A stretch of DNA of 64,000 nt from an uncultured Planctomycetaceae bacterium (GCA_963815195.1 CAWFGE010000007.1:128001-192000), one strand, 5' to 3'; counted from the stretch's first letter, positions 53,391 through 62,900 are shown. The notes: generated by a model from the sequence alone, not told the origin. Translations and numbers: made by a program.

Positions 53391-53599
53391 TTCAAAGCAT
53401 ATCAGGAGATTTGGAAGTCGCGGCCGAAAGACGTTGGATTGGAAGCGGCAGAGGATTGGGGGAGAACCGCATTTTCCGATTTATTCGCCTCTGGCATGGA
53501 AAAGACATCATGATCACCCCGTTCAGCGATCATTTTCTGTGTTGCCCCAAATAGGAGACTGACGGTTCTCGATGACGTGACCCCTGGTCAGCCAGCGAT

Positions 53600-53659
53600 G
53601 TAGGGTCCGCTGTGCGGACCGAAATTGATGGTTCACTGTTTCAATTAAAGGTCCGCTAC
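53600..53659. repeat. GTAG-type REP palindrome with a collapsed second arm
   Basis: GTAG-GGTCCGC-TGT-GCGGACC at 53600-53620 and GGTCCG-CTAC at 53650-53659. Confidence 0.65.
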
Positions 53660-55184
53660 GCTGCTTTGTCTTCACGGGCGGGGATTTTCACGGGGAGGTG
53701 ACGGCCGGGGGCGATGCGGTGCTCGCGTCGTTCGGGAACGTCAAGGGACACCTCGCGGCCGGTGGCTATGCGTTTCTGGCGTCGTGGGCCGATGTGGATA
53801 ACATGGTCGTGGAGGGTCCGGCCGGGGTGGGCGTTTGGGCCGTCGGCCATATCGAGGGGCTGGCGTCTTCCCGCGTAACCTCCACGCAGGGAGAAGTCAA
53901 TATCCTGGCTTTGGGCAATGTCTCGGCCCGCGTGGAAGCCGCCGCCGATGCCACGATCCTCAGCGAAGGCGATGTGAATGCTTCACTCGACGCCGGCAAG
54001 GATGCCTTTGTCTTAGCCTATGGAGACGTCACAGGCAATTACTCCGCCGACCGCGATGCGTCCGTGATCACCTACGGCAACTTCAACGCCGGTCTGCACG
54101 CGGGCCGGGACATCGGCCGCCGACCGTTCGGCGGGAATGCGCTGCCGGGCGTGTGGGCGCGGGGGAACATCTCCGGCGCGATCACGGCGGACCGGAACAT
54201 CGGCTACGAGGACCAGCAGGCCATCCAGGATGACTACGATTATGTCATCTTCAGCTATGGCTCAATTGACGCGGCGATCCTCGCCTATAACACCGCCAAT
54301 ACATCGAACGGCGGCTACGTGGGCAGCATCGGAGCCTTGGGCGCGATCGGCGGCACAATCATCGGCCAGCGGGCCGTCTCGCTCGTCCAATCCGGCGATG
54401 CGGTGACCGCTTTCATCCAGGCCCCCAACCTGCCCACCGTCATCGAGTTCGATTCCACGATGGCGACAAACTACCCGCTTCCCGCGGTGCCGGATTCGAT
54501 CTTGAACGAAGTGCTGGCCGACCTGCAAGCCGCGCGGGACCAACTATTTGCCGACAAGGACCAATATGAGCAAATCCTCGATGCGGGCCGCAGCGATTTT
54601 GGGGCCACCCGCCAACAGGCCCTGAGTGACTTGGCTCAAGCGGTCGCGCAATGGTCGGCAGACAACTCAGAGACGAAGGCCGACGCGGAAAGCTCGCTCA
54701 AAGACGACCAGGACGCGGCCATCAAAGGGCTTCGCCAGAAGCAACAAGAAGAGCACGAGTTTATGCTCGCCGCGGTGGATGGAAAGGTCGACGCTTCCAA
54801 AAAGGAAGCGGCGGCAAATCACAACCGCGACCAGGCCCAGCGAAAGGCGGCCCGGCAAGCCAAGGAGGCGGCCGATCGAGTCAAGGCTGTGAACAACACC
54901 ATCGCCCAAACCGACAACGAGTTGGCCCAAGCCCGCGTCGCCGTGCAGCAAAACAGCGATTGGAAGATGACCGAGCACATCATGGCCTTCCAGGAGACTC
55001 CGAAAAATGTGGTCGAAACCTGGAACTGGGGCGGCTTCTTTGATGGTTTGGGGACGGGCTTCAAAGCGTTGGGTAACAGCGGCGTTGATACGGTTGTCGG
55101 CTTCGTGTCGCTGGGCGGACTCCTGTTTGATGCGGAGCCACTGCATGTGTTCGGCGGGGAAGATGAACTGGGGTATGATGCATC

Positions 55185-56652
55185 CACCCCTTTCAACATG
55201 TCACTTACCCCTGGATTTGGCCAGAGTTCGCGCGGTGGAGATATGGTGATTCCGTTTGCCGCTCTTTTTTCGAGGCTGTGGTTTTTTCGGCCCGCGTTTC
55301 TTTTTGGGGTAACGCGTCAGGTCGATGCGTTTCGCGAGTCGCACCAACTCGATCGCGAGTTTTCGAGGTGGCATGATTTGATAGCCCTCCCAGATTTCCG
55401 CGTCCACGGCGATGTTCATGCCCACCGTCGTGGCAGTCACGTCCTGCGTCAGGTGGTAGTCCGACAGTTCTTCATCGATCGTTTCTTCACCGTGAACCGA
55501 TCGCAGCGCCGCTTTCACCACGGCATAGGTGTTATAAGCCAAAACCGCCGTGGCGAAGGCGAACAGCGCCGCCTTGGGGTAGCCCAGCGTCTCCACTTCG
55601 CAGCGCAACACCTCGGTCAGAGTTTGGAAGGCTTCTTCAATCGTCCAGCGCTTGCGATACAGAAAAGCCACTTTTCGCGCATTGGCGACTTTGACAGGCA
55701 AGTTGGTCAGGATGTGAATCTCAGTGTCACCATTCTCTGTGGGCGTATCCAATTGGATGGTGATCCGCCGGACTCGCAACGTCTCTTCACCCTGGGACAG
55801 CTCGGCCGACTGCTCGAAAACAACACCCGTTTCGATGCGTCCGATGCGTTTCCGGCGACCGACGAGTTTCCAGGTGAGTGTCGAAGCGTGTTGGCGAATG
55901 ACAAAGTAGGCCGACTGCTTGACAATTCCAAACAGAAACTTGGTCGTGCAGAAGTTCCGGTCGGCGATTGTCACCGTCTCGGCCCGGATCCATTCCAGAA
56001 GCTCCGGCAGAAGCGAACGTTCCTGAGCATGCCCGTCTTCACACGGGAGCAGTTCCGAAATCAGATCCCGCTGCGCGTCCAGAAGCGCCAAGGTCTGGCC
56101 GGGCAAAGGGCCTTCCCGCGTGACGCGCAATTCCGCCAGCCGATGCTCAGTCGCCGCCAAATGATTCCCGTCCAAATACTGCACGTGATAGCCCGGCAAA
56201 AGTTCGCGGCATGCTCCCGGCATGGCATCGATGACTTGAGCCGCGTCCTGGCTCGTTTCCCGGATCATCGTCGCCGAAAGACCGGGTTCCAGACGGTTCA
56301 ACTTGCCATAAAGTGCGGCCGGCGAAACCGCCAGTTGCTCCTTGGCCGCCAAGTACCCGGCATGGACCGACGTGTGCGTCCGCGTCGCCACGCCCATCAT
56401 CAGGGCCACCACTTGCGAAAACAGCAATTCTTTCTCGTATTGTCTCTGCGAAGCGTCGGCGAAAATCTCATCCAGGCGATCCGGCGACACAAGATTCTCG
56501 AGCGTCGCTCGAACCATCACTGCCGCTGGACATTCTTCCACAAAACGATCAAGCACAGCGTCGGGCCACATCCTTGCCGCCTCCATAAGGTTTGATACAA
56601 CAATCCCTGTAGAAGCGACTTATAGCAAAAAACTAACATGTTGAAAGGGGTG
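55185..56652 (-). mobile_element. IS4-family insertion sequence, about 1.47 kb
   Basis: IRs CACCCCTTTCAACATGT / ACATGTTGAAAGGGGTG; duplication GGTATGATGCATC at 55172-55184 and 56653-56665 (11 bp if the IRs are taken one base longer). Confidence 0.92.
55201..56586 (-). CDS. IS4-family DDE transposase
   Basis: LDGNHL, IADRNF, ILTNLP and YRKRWTIEEAF (YREK signature). Confidence 0.93.
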   Translation of the reverse strand: MEAARMWPDAVLDRFVEECPAAVMVRATLENLVSPDRLDEIFADASQRQYEKELLFSQVVALMMGVATRTHTSVHAGYLAAKEQLAVSPAALYGKLNRLEPGLSATMIRETSQDAAQVIDAMPGACRELLPGYHVQYLDGNHLAATEHRLAELRVTREGPLPGQTLALLDAQRDLISELLPCEDGHAQERSLLPELLEWIRAETVTIADRNFCTTKFLFGIVKQSAYFVIRQHASTLTWKLVGRRKRIGRIETGVVFEQSAELSQGEETLRVRRITIQLDTPTENGDTEIHILTNLPVKVANARKVAFLYRKRWTIEEAFQTLTEVLRCEVETLGYPKAALFAFATAVLAYNTYAVVKAALRSVHGEETIDEELSDYHLTQDVTATTVGMNIAVDAEIWEGYQIMPPRKLAIELVRLAKRIDLTRYPKKKRGPKKPQPRKKSGKRNHHISTARTLAKSRGK

Positions 56653-57342
56653 GGTATGATGCATCCTATATGATAAATCGCTTCTCGGTGGAGTTTTTGT
56701 TTGGGGTGGGAACGGGAGGTTTATCGACCGTATCCAAAGTGGGCTGGGTGGGAAAAGTCGGCAAAGGGGTTTTCTTGTGGGATACGCTGGGCAACGGGGC
56801 AGCCATGATCCGAGGCGGCAGCGACATTGCCGAAAACGGCTTCACCTGGCAAAATAGCATCCAGTTCTTCGGCGGCACCTTCGGCCTCGCCGGCAACTGG
56901 GTCGGCCGCACGCACTTCTTTGATGATGTGCCTGTTGCCCCTGTCCCAAAAAGTGGACCGGGACGGTTTGAACGCGTTATCGAAAGTATGCCTGACCGAG
57001 CGGCTCGCTATCAAAGTCGCATAACGGGAAGATTGCCTGATGTCGGATACAGGGTGAATGGCGTCAAATTTGATGGATTCGATGAGATTGCAGGAGTTCT
57101 TCTTGACGCAAAAGGGCCGGGTTACGCAAAATTCGTTCGAAACGGTGAGTTTCAACCGTGGTTCCGTGGCGCTGATGAACTCGTAGAGCAAGCCCAACGG
57201 CAGTTGGGAGTGCGGGCGGGACTGCGCATTCAGTGGCACTTTGCGGAGGAAGCGGCTGCTGAAGCCACCCGCAATCTGTTCCGATTTGAAAATATTGAGG
57301 GAATTGAGATTATCTTCACGCCTTAGCAATGTGAGAATCGGC

Positions 57343-57912
57343 ATGTTTGTAGGTGCATATTGGGGAAAGCGAAAGGAAACACGCGACGAATGCGCAAAGC
57401 GCATCGCTGATGTCTTGCAACGACTTGGACAATGTCATCCAGCACTGAGGACTTGGTATCTGAAGGGCCGTAGTAAAAGTGAGGCGCTAAAGAACCCAAT
57501 TGAGTTATCGGGAGATTTTCTTGGCCGGATTCTGAGGACGAACAATCGCGACACCGACGGTTCAGCGATAGTGGAACTTGGTTTCAATATCGGTGTTTGG
57601 AATGGAAACAACAACCTACCTGTATCGTTTCGTGCGACGTGTGGAGGGTACTCGGATTTCGTTAGAAACTCCGTGGTGCTACAGCTGCCATCGAACTGCG
57701 ACGATTGCGACTTTTTGTCCTCTAAACGAGTCCGAACAATGTTGCTCGATTTCGTTGAAACGTTTGACCCAGACAAGGCAGTGGTAACAAGTAATGAATA
57801 CCTTGACCGTGCTGGTGTTAACCACCCGTGTGATGCTGGATGGTTAGTGTATGAGCGAAGCCGCGGCGTCGATCAGATCATTGAACAGGGGACAGTCGGG
57901 CAGGTCGATTGA
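57343..57912 (+). CDS. Imm52-like immunity protein
   Basis: MFVGAYWGKRKETRDECAKR...HPALRTWY...LGFNIGVWNG...GWLVY, starting 16 bp after the REase-5-like stop. Confidence 0.85.
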   Translation: MFVGAYWGKRKETRDECAKRIADVLQRLGQCHPALRTWYLKGRSKSEALKNPIELSGDFLGRILRTNNRDTDGSAIVELGFNIGVWNGNNNLPVSFRATCGGYSDFVRNSVVLQLPSNCDDCDFLSSKRVRTMLLDFVETFDPDKAVVTSNEYLDRAGVNHPCDAGWLVYERSRGVDQIIEQGTVGQVD

Positions 57913-58734
57913 ATGCCGGCGGTTCGGCCCTGGTGACCACTTGGGGCGATTTGAACGGCTCCGTCACCGCCGGGGACGCGGCGTTGGTGTTTTCCGGCGG
58001 GGAATCCACCGATTTCGACATCGATGCCGGGAGCGATGCCCTCCTGCAAACGGCGGGATTCACCATCACCAACGTGCACGCGGGCGAAGACGCCCTCATC
58101 ATCGCGGGCGGGGTTTTGGCCGGCAGCGTGTACACCGACCGGGACGCGGCGGTGTTGACGTATGATTTTTCCACGATCCTGGTCGATGCCGACCGGTATG
58201 CGTCCGTCTCGATTTTCAGCAAGTATCAGGGCACGGTGTCTGCCGGGGCGGTTGCCTTCGTGTTCACGGGCGGAGATTTTCACGGGGAGGTGACGGCCGG
58301 GGGCGATGCGGTGCTCGCGTCGTTCGGGAACGTCAAGGGACACCTCGCGGCCGGTGGCTATGCGTTTCTGGCGTCGTGGGCCGATGTGGATAACATGGTC
58401 GTGGAGGGTCCGGCCGGGGTGGGCGTTTGGGCCGTCGGCCATATCGAGGGGCCGGCGTCTTCCCGGGTAACCTCCACCGGGGGAGAAGTCGATATCCTGG
58501 CTTTGGGCAACGTCTCGGCCCGTGTGGAAGCCGCCGCCGATGCCACGATTCTCAGCGAAGGCGATGTGAATGCTTCACTCGACGCCGGCAAAGATGCCTT
58601 TGTCTTAGCCTATGGAGACGTCACAGGCAATTACTCCGCCGACCGCGATGCGTCCGTGATCACCTACGGCAACTTTAACGCCGGTCTGCACGCGGGCCGG
58701 GACATCGGCCGCCGGCCGTTCGGCGGGAATGCGC
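57909..58734 (+). pseudogene. Second toxin-stalk fragment, truncated at its 3' end by a REP
   Basis: About 275 codons of the same xAGxDAxVxxxGDV repeats. The last 159 codons duplicate the first cassette, and homology stops at a REP. Confidence 0.8.
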
Positions 58735-58772
58735 CCCTCACCCTAACCCTCTCCCCCGAGGGGAGAGGGGAC
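58734..58772. repeat. REP-like palindrome CCCTCACCCTAACCCTCTCCC..GGGAGAGGG
   Basis: Hairpin CCCTCTCCCC-CGA-GGGGAGAGGG. Confidence 0.8.
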
Positions 58773-58787
58773 AAATCCACGGACGAT

Positions 58788-61535
58788 CTACTTCGCGTCG
58801 TCCTGCTTCGCGTCGTCCTTCATCATCTTGAAGTCGCCGGCGACGACGGTGAAGAGCTGTTTGGGTGCGATGTGCTGTTTGAGGGCTTCGTGCACCTCGT
58901 CCGTCGCGACTTTGGGAATCGCGGATTCCAACTCTTGGTAATACTCCATCGTGCGGCCGATGTGCAGGTTTTGCGAGAGGAGGCGGGCCAGGCCACTGTC
59001 GCTGCTGCGGGCAACGGTTTGCTTTTGCAGGTAGCCGGTCTTGGCCTCGTTGAGTTCCGCTTCGGTCACGCCGTCTTTGAGGAGTTTTTCCAATTCCTCG
59101 GAGATGACTTTGCGGACTTTGGGGATGTTGTCCGGATTGGAGATTGCGTAGATATAAAACGAGGACCGCTCGTCCAGCGCGGAGGCATTAAAACCGCAGC
59201 CCACGCCGTAGGACAGGCCTTCCTTCTGACGGACGCGGTTTCCGAGCCGCGACGAAAGCGACCCGCCGCCGAAAATGAAATCGCCCAGTACGAGCGCGGG
59301 ATAATCGGAGGCGGTGTCCTTCATGGGGAAGGTCATTGCGGAGAAATAGACGGCGTTTTTCTTGTCCGGGGTGTTGATGTCTTCAAACCCGCCGGGCTTT
59401 TGGGAGGCTTTGTCCGCGAGGCGTTCGTAGGGCTGTTTGGCTTTCCAACCGGCGAGGACCTTATCGCAGAGGGGCACGATCTCGTCCGGATCGAAATCGC
59501 CGACGATCGCCAGCTCCGCGTGCTCGGGCGTCAAATAGTTCTCGAAGAGTTTGACCATTTGATCGCGGGTGACATCTTTGGTCCGCTGGATCTCTTCTTC
59601 GATCGAAGGCACGTACCGCGGATCGCCCTTGGGCCATGCCGACATGTGCTGCCGGACCAAGGTGGTCGCCAGGGACTGGGGCTCGACAAGTTCCTTTTCC
59701 CAGCCGGCGAGTTGAGCCCGCTGGATGATGCCCAACTCCTCTTCCGGGAACGTCGGTTTGCGGAGGACTTCTTGGAGGAGTTTGAGCACGGCGGGGAGGT
59801 TTTCCCGCTTGGTTTCGAGGGAGAAGGTGGCCACGCCGGGCGAGCCGCTCGCCGCGAGTTGGGCCTTCTCCTTGTCCAAAGCGTCCTGGAGTTCCTGGCG
59901 GGTGAAGTTCATGGTGCCGCGAGTCATCATGCTCGGCAACAGCTCGGTCGCCTTTTCCAATCCCGCCAAACTCTCGGCGGTCCCGTAGCGGAGCGTGAGC
60001 CGGAGGTTGACGGCTTCGCCGCGGGTCTTTTTGGGCAATAACGCGGCCTCCGTGCCGCATTTCAACATGACCCGCGTCGTGCGGGCCTGGATGTTTTTGG
60101 GCGACACGTCGAACGCTTCGCCTTGGGCGATTTGCTCCCGGCCTTCGTAGTTGCCGATCATCTCGGCCAGGTTGGGGATTTCCGGGATGACGGTTTTCTC
60201 AGGCTGTTTGGTGGGCAGATACAAACCCACGGTGCGGTTGCTGCGGGTGAGGTATTCTTTGGCCGCTTTGTCGACGTCCTCGGCCGTGACTTTTTCCAAG
60301 CGGTCGCGGTAGACGAAGTACAACCGCCAATCGCCCATCGAGGCCCATTCGCTGAGCTCGATGGCGATGCGGTCGGACTTGGACGCCGCGAGTTCGCGGT
60401 ATTTCAAGAGCTTCAGTTTGATGCGGTCCACTTCTTCCTGCTTGACGCCCTTTTCCACGACCTCTTCGATCGTGTCGAGCATGGTGCCGAGCACCAGGTC
60501 GGGTTCGTTGCCTTCGGAGACCTCGGCCATGATCCGCAGGATGCCCGGATCATGCCAGGCGAAGGCCGCCCCGGAGACGCTCGCGGCTTTTTTGGTTTCC
60601 ACGAGCGACTTGTACAACCGCCCGGACGGGGAAGAGGTCAAGATGCCTTCCAGCACGTCCATCGCGGGATATTCGGGATGGGGACCGGCGGGGATGTGGT
60701 ACAGCACGCCGACCAAAGGCACTTCGCCGACCCGCCGGAGCGTGACGATTTTCTCGCCGTCTTGCGGGGGCTCTTCGGTGTAGGTCTGGCCGAGCTCGCG
60801 CTTCGGTTTGGGCAGCGTCCCGAAATATTTGCCCGCGAGCGAGAGCGCGGCATCGGGATCGAAATTTCCGGCGATGACCAGCATGGCGTTATCGGGCTGG
60901 TAGTATTTTTTGTAGAACTCTTTGAGCTTGGAGACCGGCACGCGTTCGATGTCGGCCTTGTTGCCGATGGTCGATTGCCCGTAGTTGTGCCATTGGAACG
61001 CGGCCGACATCATCCGCTGGCCGAGGATCGACGAAGGGCTGTTTTCGCCGCGCTCGAACTCGTTCCGCACGACCGTCATTTCCGAGGCGAGGTCTTCGCC
61101 TTTGATGTAGCTGTTGATCATGCGGTCGGCTTCGAGCTTGAGGGCGAACTCCAGGTTCTCGTCGGACGCGGGCAGGGTTTCGTAATAGTTCGTGCGATCG
61201 ACCCAGGTCGTGCCGTTGAACCGCGCCCCGCGTTCGGTGAGCAGCTTGGGAATCTTCTCGTGCGTGGGCGTGCCTTTGAAGACCATGTGCTCCAAAAGGT
61301 GAGCCATGCCCGCTTCGCCGTAGCCTTCGTGCCGGGATCCGACGAAAATGGTGAGGTTCACCGTGACGACGGGCTTGGAGTCGTCCGGGAACAACAAGAG
61401 GCGGAATCCGTTTTCCAATTTGTATTCCGTGATCCCTTCGATCGAGGTCACCTTTTCGGCGGTCGGTTCTTCGGCGGACAAGACGGGGTTCGACATACAC
61501 ATCACCAAGGCGGTAAAGACGAAAACTCGCAGCAT
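58788..61535 (-). CDS. M16 (pitrilysin/PqqL-like) zinc protease, exported
   Basis: Signal peptide, HLLEH, NGTTWVDRTNYY and RQKEGLSYG. Confidence 0.95.
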   Translation of the reverse strand: MLRVFVFTALVMCMSNPVLSAEEPTAEKVTSIEGITEYKLENGFRLLLFPDDSKPVVTVNLTIFVGSRHEGYGEAGMAHLLEHMVFKGTPTHEKIPKLLTERGARFNGTTWVDRTNYYETLPASDENLEFALKLEADRMINSYIKGEDLASEMTVVRNEFERGENSPSSILGQRMMSAAFQWHNYGQSTIGNKADIERVPVSKLKEFYKKYYQPDNAMLVIAGNFDPDAALSLAGKYFGTLPKPKRELGQTYTEEPPQDGEKIVTLRRVGEVPLVGVLYHIPAGPHPEYPAMDVLEGILTSSPSGRLYKSLVETKKAASVSGAAFAWHDPGILRIMAEVSEGNEPDLVLGTMLDTIEEVVEKGVKQEEVDRIKLKLLKYRELAASKSDRIAIELSEWASMGDWRLYFVYRDRLEKVTAEDVDKAAKEYLTRSNRTVGLYLPTKQPEKTVIPEIPNLAEMIGNYEGREQIAQGEAFDVSPKNIQARTTRVMLKCGTEAALLPKKTRGEAVNLRLTLRYGTAESLAGLEKATELLPSMMTRGTMNFTRQELQDALDKEKAQLAASGSPGVATFSLETKRENLPAVLKLLQEVLRKPTFPEEELGIIQRAQLAGWEKELVEPQSLATTLVRQHMSAWPKGDPRYVPSIEEEIQRTKDVTRDQMVKLFENYLTPEHAELAIVGDFDPDEIVPLCDKVLAGWKAKQPYERLADKASQKPGGFEDINTPDKKNAVYFSAMTFPMKDTASDYPALVLGDFIFGGGSLSSRLGNRVRQKEGLSYGVGCGFNASALDERSSFYIYAISNPDNIPKVRKVISEELEKLLKDGVTEAELNEAKTGYLQKQTVARSSDSGLARLLSQNLHIGRTMEYYQELESAIPKVATDEVHEALKQHIAPKQLFTVVAGDFKMMKDDAKQDDAK

Positions 61536-61736
61536 CGGTCGCTCCTAATTCCGTTGGAAGGAGACCCGTGAATGGGGCGACGATTCGCTTCCCATTCGCG
61601 TGGACGATCGCCGGCCGGATTGACTCGACATCAAAGGCTGGGCGATTTGGGCAAATACATTGCCGAGATCCTAGCAACCGCGCCCGCCGAATGGAACCGT
61701 GCCTTCGGTGGATCCGTCTCGGCGATCCGGCCGGCG

Positions 61737-62551
61737 TCAACTTTTGGCCAAGGCGATGATGAACATCGCCATCAGGACCAAGAATCCCAGGATCAGCACG
61801 GCATATCCGAGAACGAGGCCGGTGAGCGCCATGCCTTCGCCGCTGTAGGCCTGCCGGTTGGCTTTGATCTCCCGCAGCGCCAAATGCCCGAAGATGACGG
61901 CCAGGAGACTCCCCACGCCCAAGAGGACGTTGGTTCCCAAAATGCCCAGGATCAAACTGGCCGAGGCCAACGGCGGCGTGGGCCGCTCTCCGGCGGGCCG
62001 CCGCGGGAGAACTTCGTCGCGACCGATGATGATCGGCTCGGGTTCGGGGTCGAACGCGGGCGCGGAACGCTGGGCGCTTGAACCGCGGACGCCGCTCCGC
62101 GGAAGCCCGGGATGCGGTCGGCTTCCACCCAATCGGGGAAGGTCTCGTTCCAGACCAGCGTGTCCAAGGGCAACCGCCCGTTCTGAAAATACTGCCGCAA
62201 CTGGGCCTCCGTCACCGGCCCGCGGGTTTCCTCCGCTCCCTGGAGGCAGAAGTGCCATTCCAACTCGTCGTCCGCGGACACCACTTCCAGGTCGTCGAGC
62301 AACTGGACTTCGATGATCTCCGGCTCGGCGGGCGCCGGCACCGCAGAAGGCTGCTCTTTTCTTGCCGGCTGCGGCGGTTTGGGCGGCGGAAACAGCCCTT
62401 CGACTTTGCGGGCCGGCTGCCAGCGCTCTTTGTCGGTCGAGACCTGGTGCGTCTTTTTCAGGTGCCCCCGCTCGGCCTTGGATTTCAAGTCCTCGAACGA
62501 AAACGGCCCATGGACCTTGCCCTGTGACCGAATGTAATAGGTGTCGCTCAT
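61737..62551 (-). CDS. GYF_2 (DUF4339) x2 plus DUF4190 membrane protein; frameshift near 62070
   Basis: GKVHGPF and RGPVT..LVWNETFPDW, then in a shifted frame ASLILGILG..GHLALREI..GEGMALTGLVLGY. Confidence 0.8.
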
Positions 62552-62671
62552 CGCGGTAAGTCCCGGCCCTCCGATTGGGATTGGTCGTGTCAGATAAGGC
62601 TCATCAAAGGTTAATCGAGGAACAAGCGTCGCATTCCAGTCCCATTCCATTAGCCGCAAGTTCGCGAATTC

Positions 62672-62756
62672 ATTAGCCGCAGGGCGCTAGCCCCGGTTCA
62701 TTGAGACACCCGGACGAATGAACCGAATGAACCGGGGCTAGCGCCCTGCGGCTAAT
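62672..62756. repeat. REP doublet, family A: perfect 31-bp inverted repeat with a 23-bp spacer
   Basis: ATTAGCCGCAGGGCGCTAGCCCCGGTTCATT at 62672-62702 and its reverse complement at 62726-62756. Confidence 0.9.
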
Positions 62757-62900
62757 CAATTTGACGAACCTTTCGGATCATCAGCCGGAACGCGCTGGCG
62801 GACAACCGAACGCTCGCTTTTCCAAATCTTCATAGTAATCCGATGCAGAACCGGAATCGAGAGGCCGGGGGGAGTTTTTTGAGAATGCCGCGATCGAGGC

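Larger units (their letters stand above)
51421..53513 (+). pseudogene. 102-aa Cys-rich immunity-like gene interrupted by IS1380 (pieces 51421-51611 and 53396-53513)
   Basis: Removing the IS and one TTCAA gives MAILIGGKTRCVLCGG...FSDSAFHRTCF...EELFKAYQEIWKSRP...MEKTS*, with a GGAG RBS. Confidence 0.75.
53665..57326 (+). pseudogene. 5'-truncated polymorphic toxin (repeat stalk, coiled coil, Gly-rich segment, Tox-REase-5-like tip) interrupted by IS4
   Basis: Removing the IS gives the in-frame junction GEDELGYDAS-Y-MINRFSVEF. The tip reads MPDRAARYQSRITG..VKFDGF..LLDAKGPGY..QAQRQ..IQWHFAE. Confidence 0.85.
53665..58734 (+). repeat. 478-bp direct repeat (53665-54142 and 58257-58734)
   Basis: Hand alignment shows 15 substitutions and no indels, about 97% identity. 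Confidence 0.92.

Noticed and set aside
53698..56595. 965-aa ORF as a single protein
   Set aside because: It is chimeric: after about codon 496 it reads the antisense strand of the IS4 transposase.
53665..58734. Diversity-generating retroelement TR/VR pair
   Set aside because: The differences are not adenine-specific and are mostly synonymous; no reverse transcriptase is in the window.
57909..60041. 710-aa ORF
   Set aside because: Only about the first 275 codons are stalk; the rest reads through a REP and the antisense of the M16 protease.
1158..61571. Many long opposite-strand ORFs (e.g. 1158-3353, 5399-6862, 49579-51282, 60123-61571)
   Set aside because: They are shadow frames of well-supported genes, as expected at high GC.
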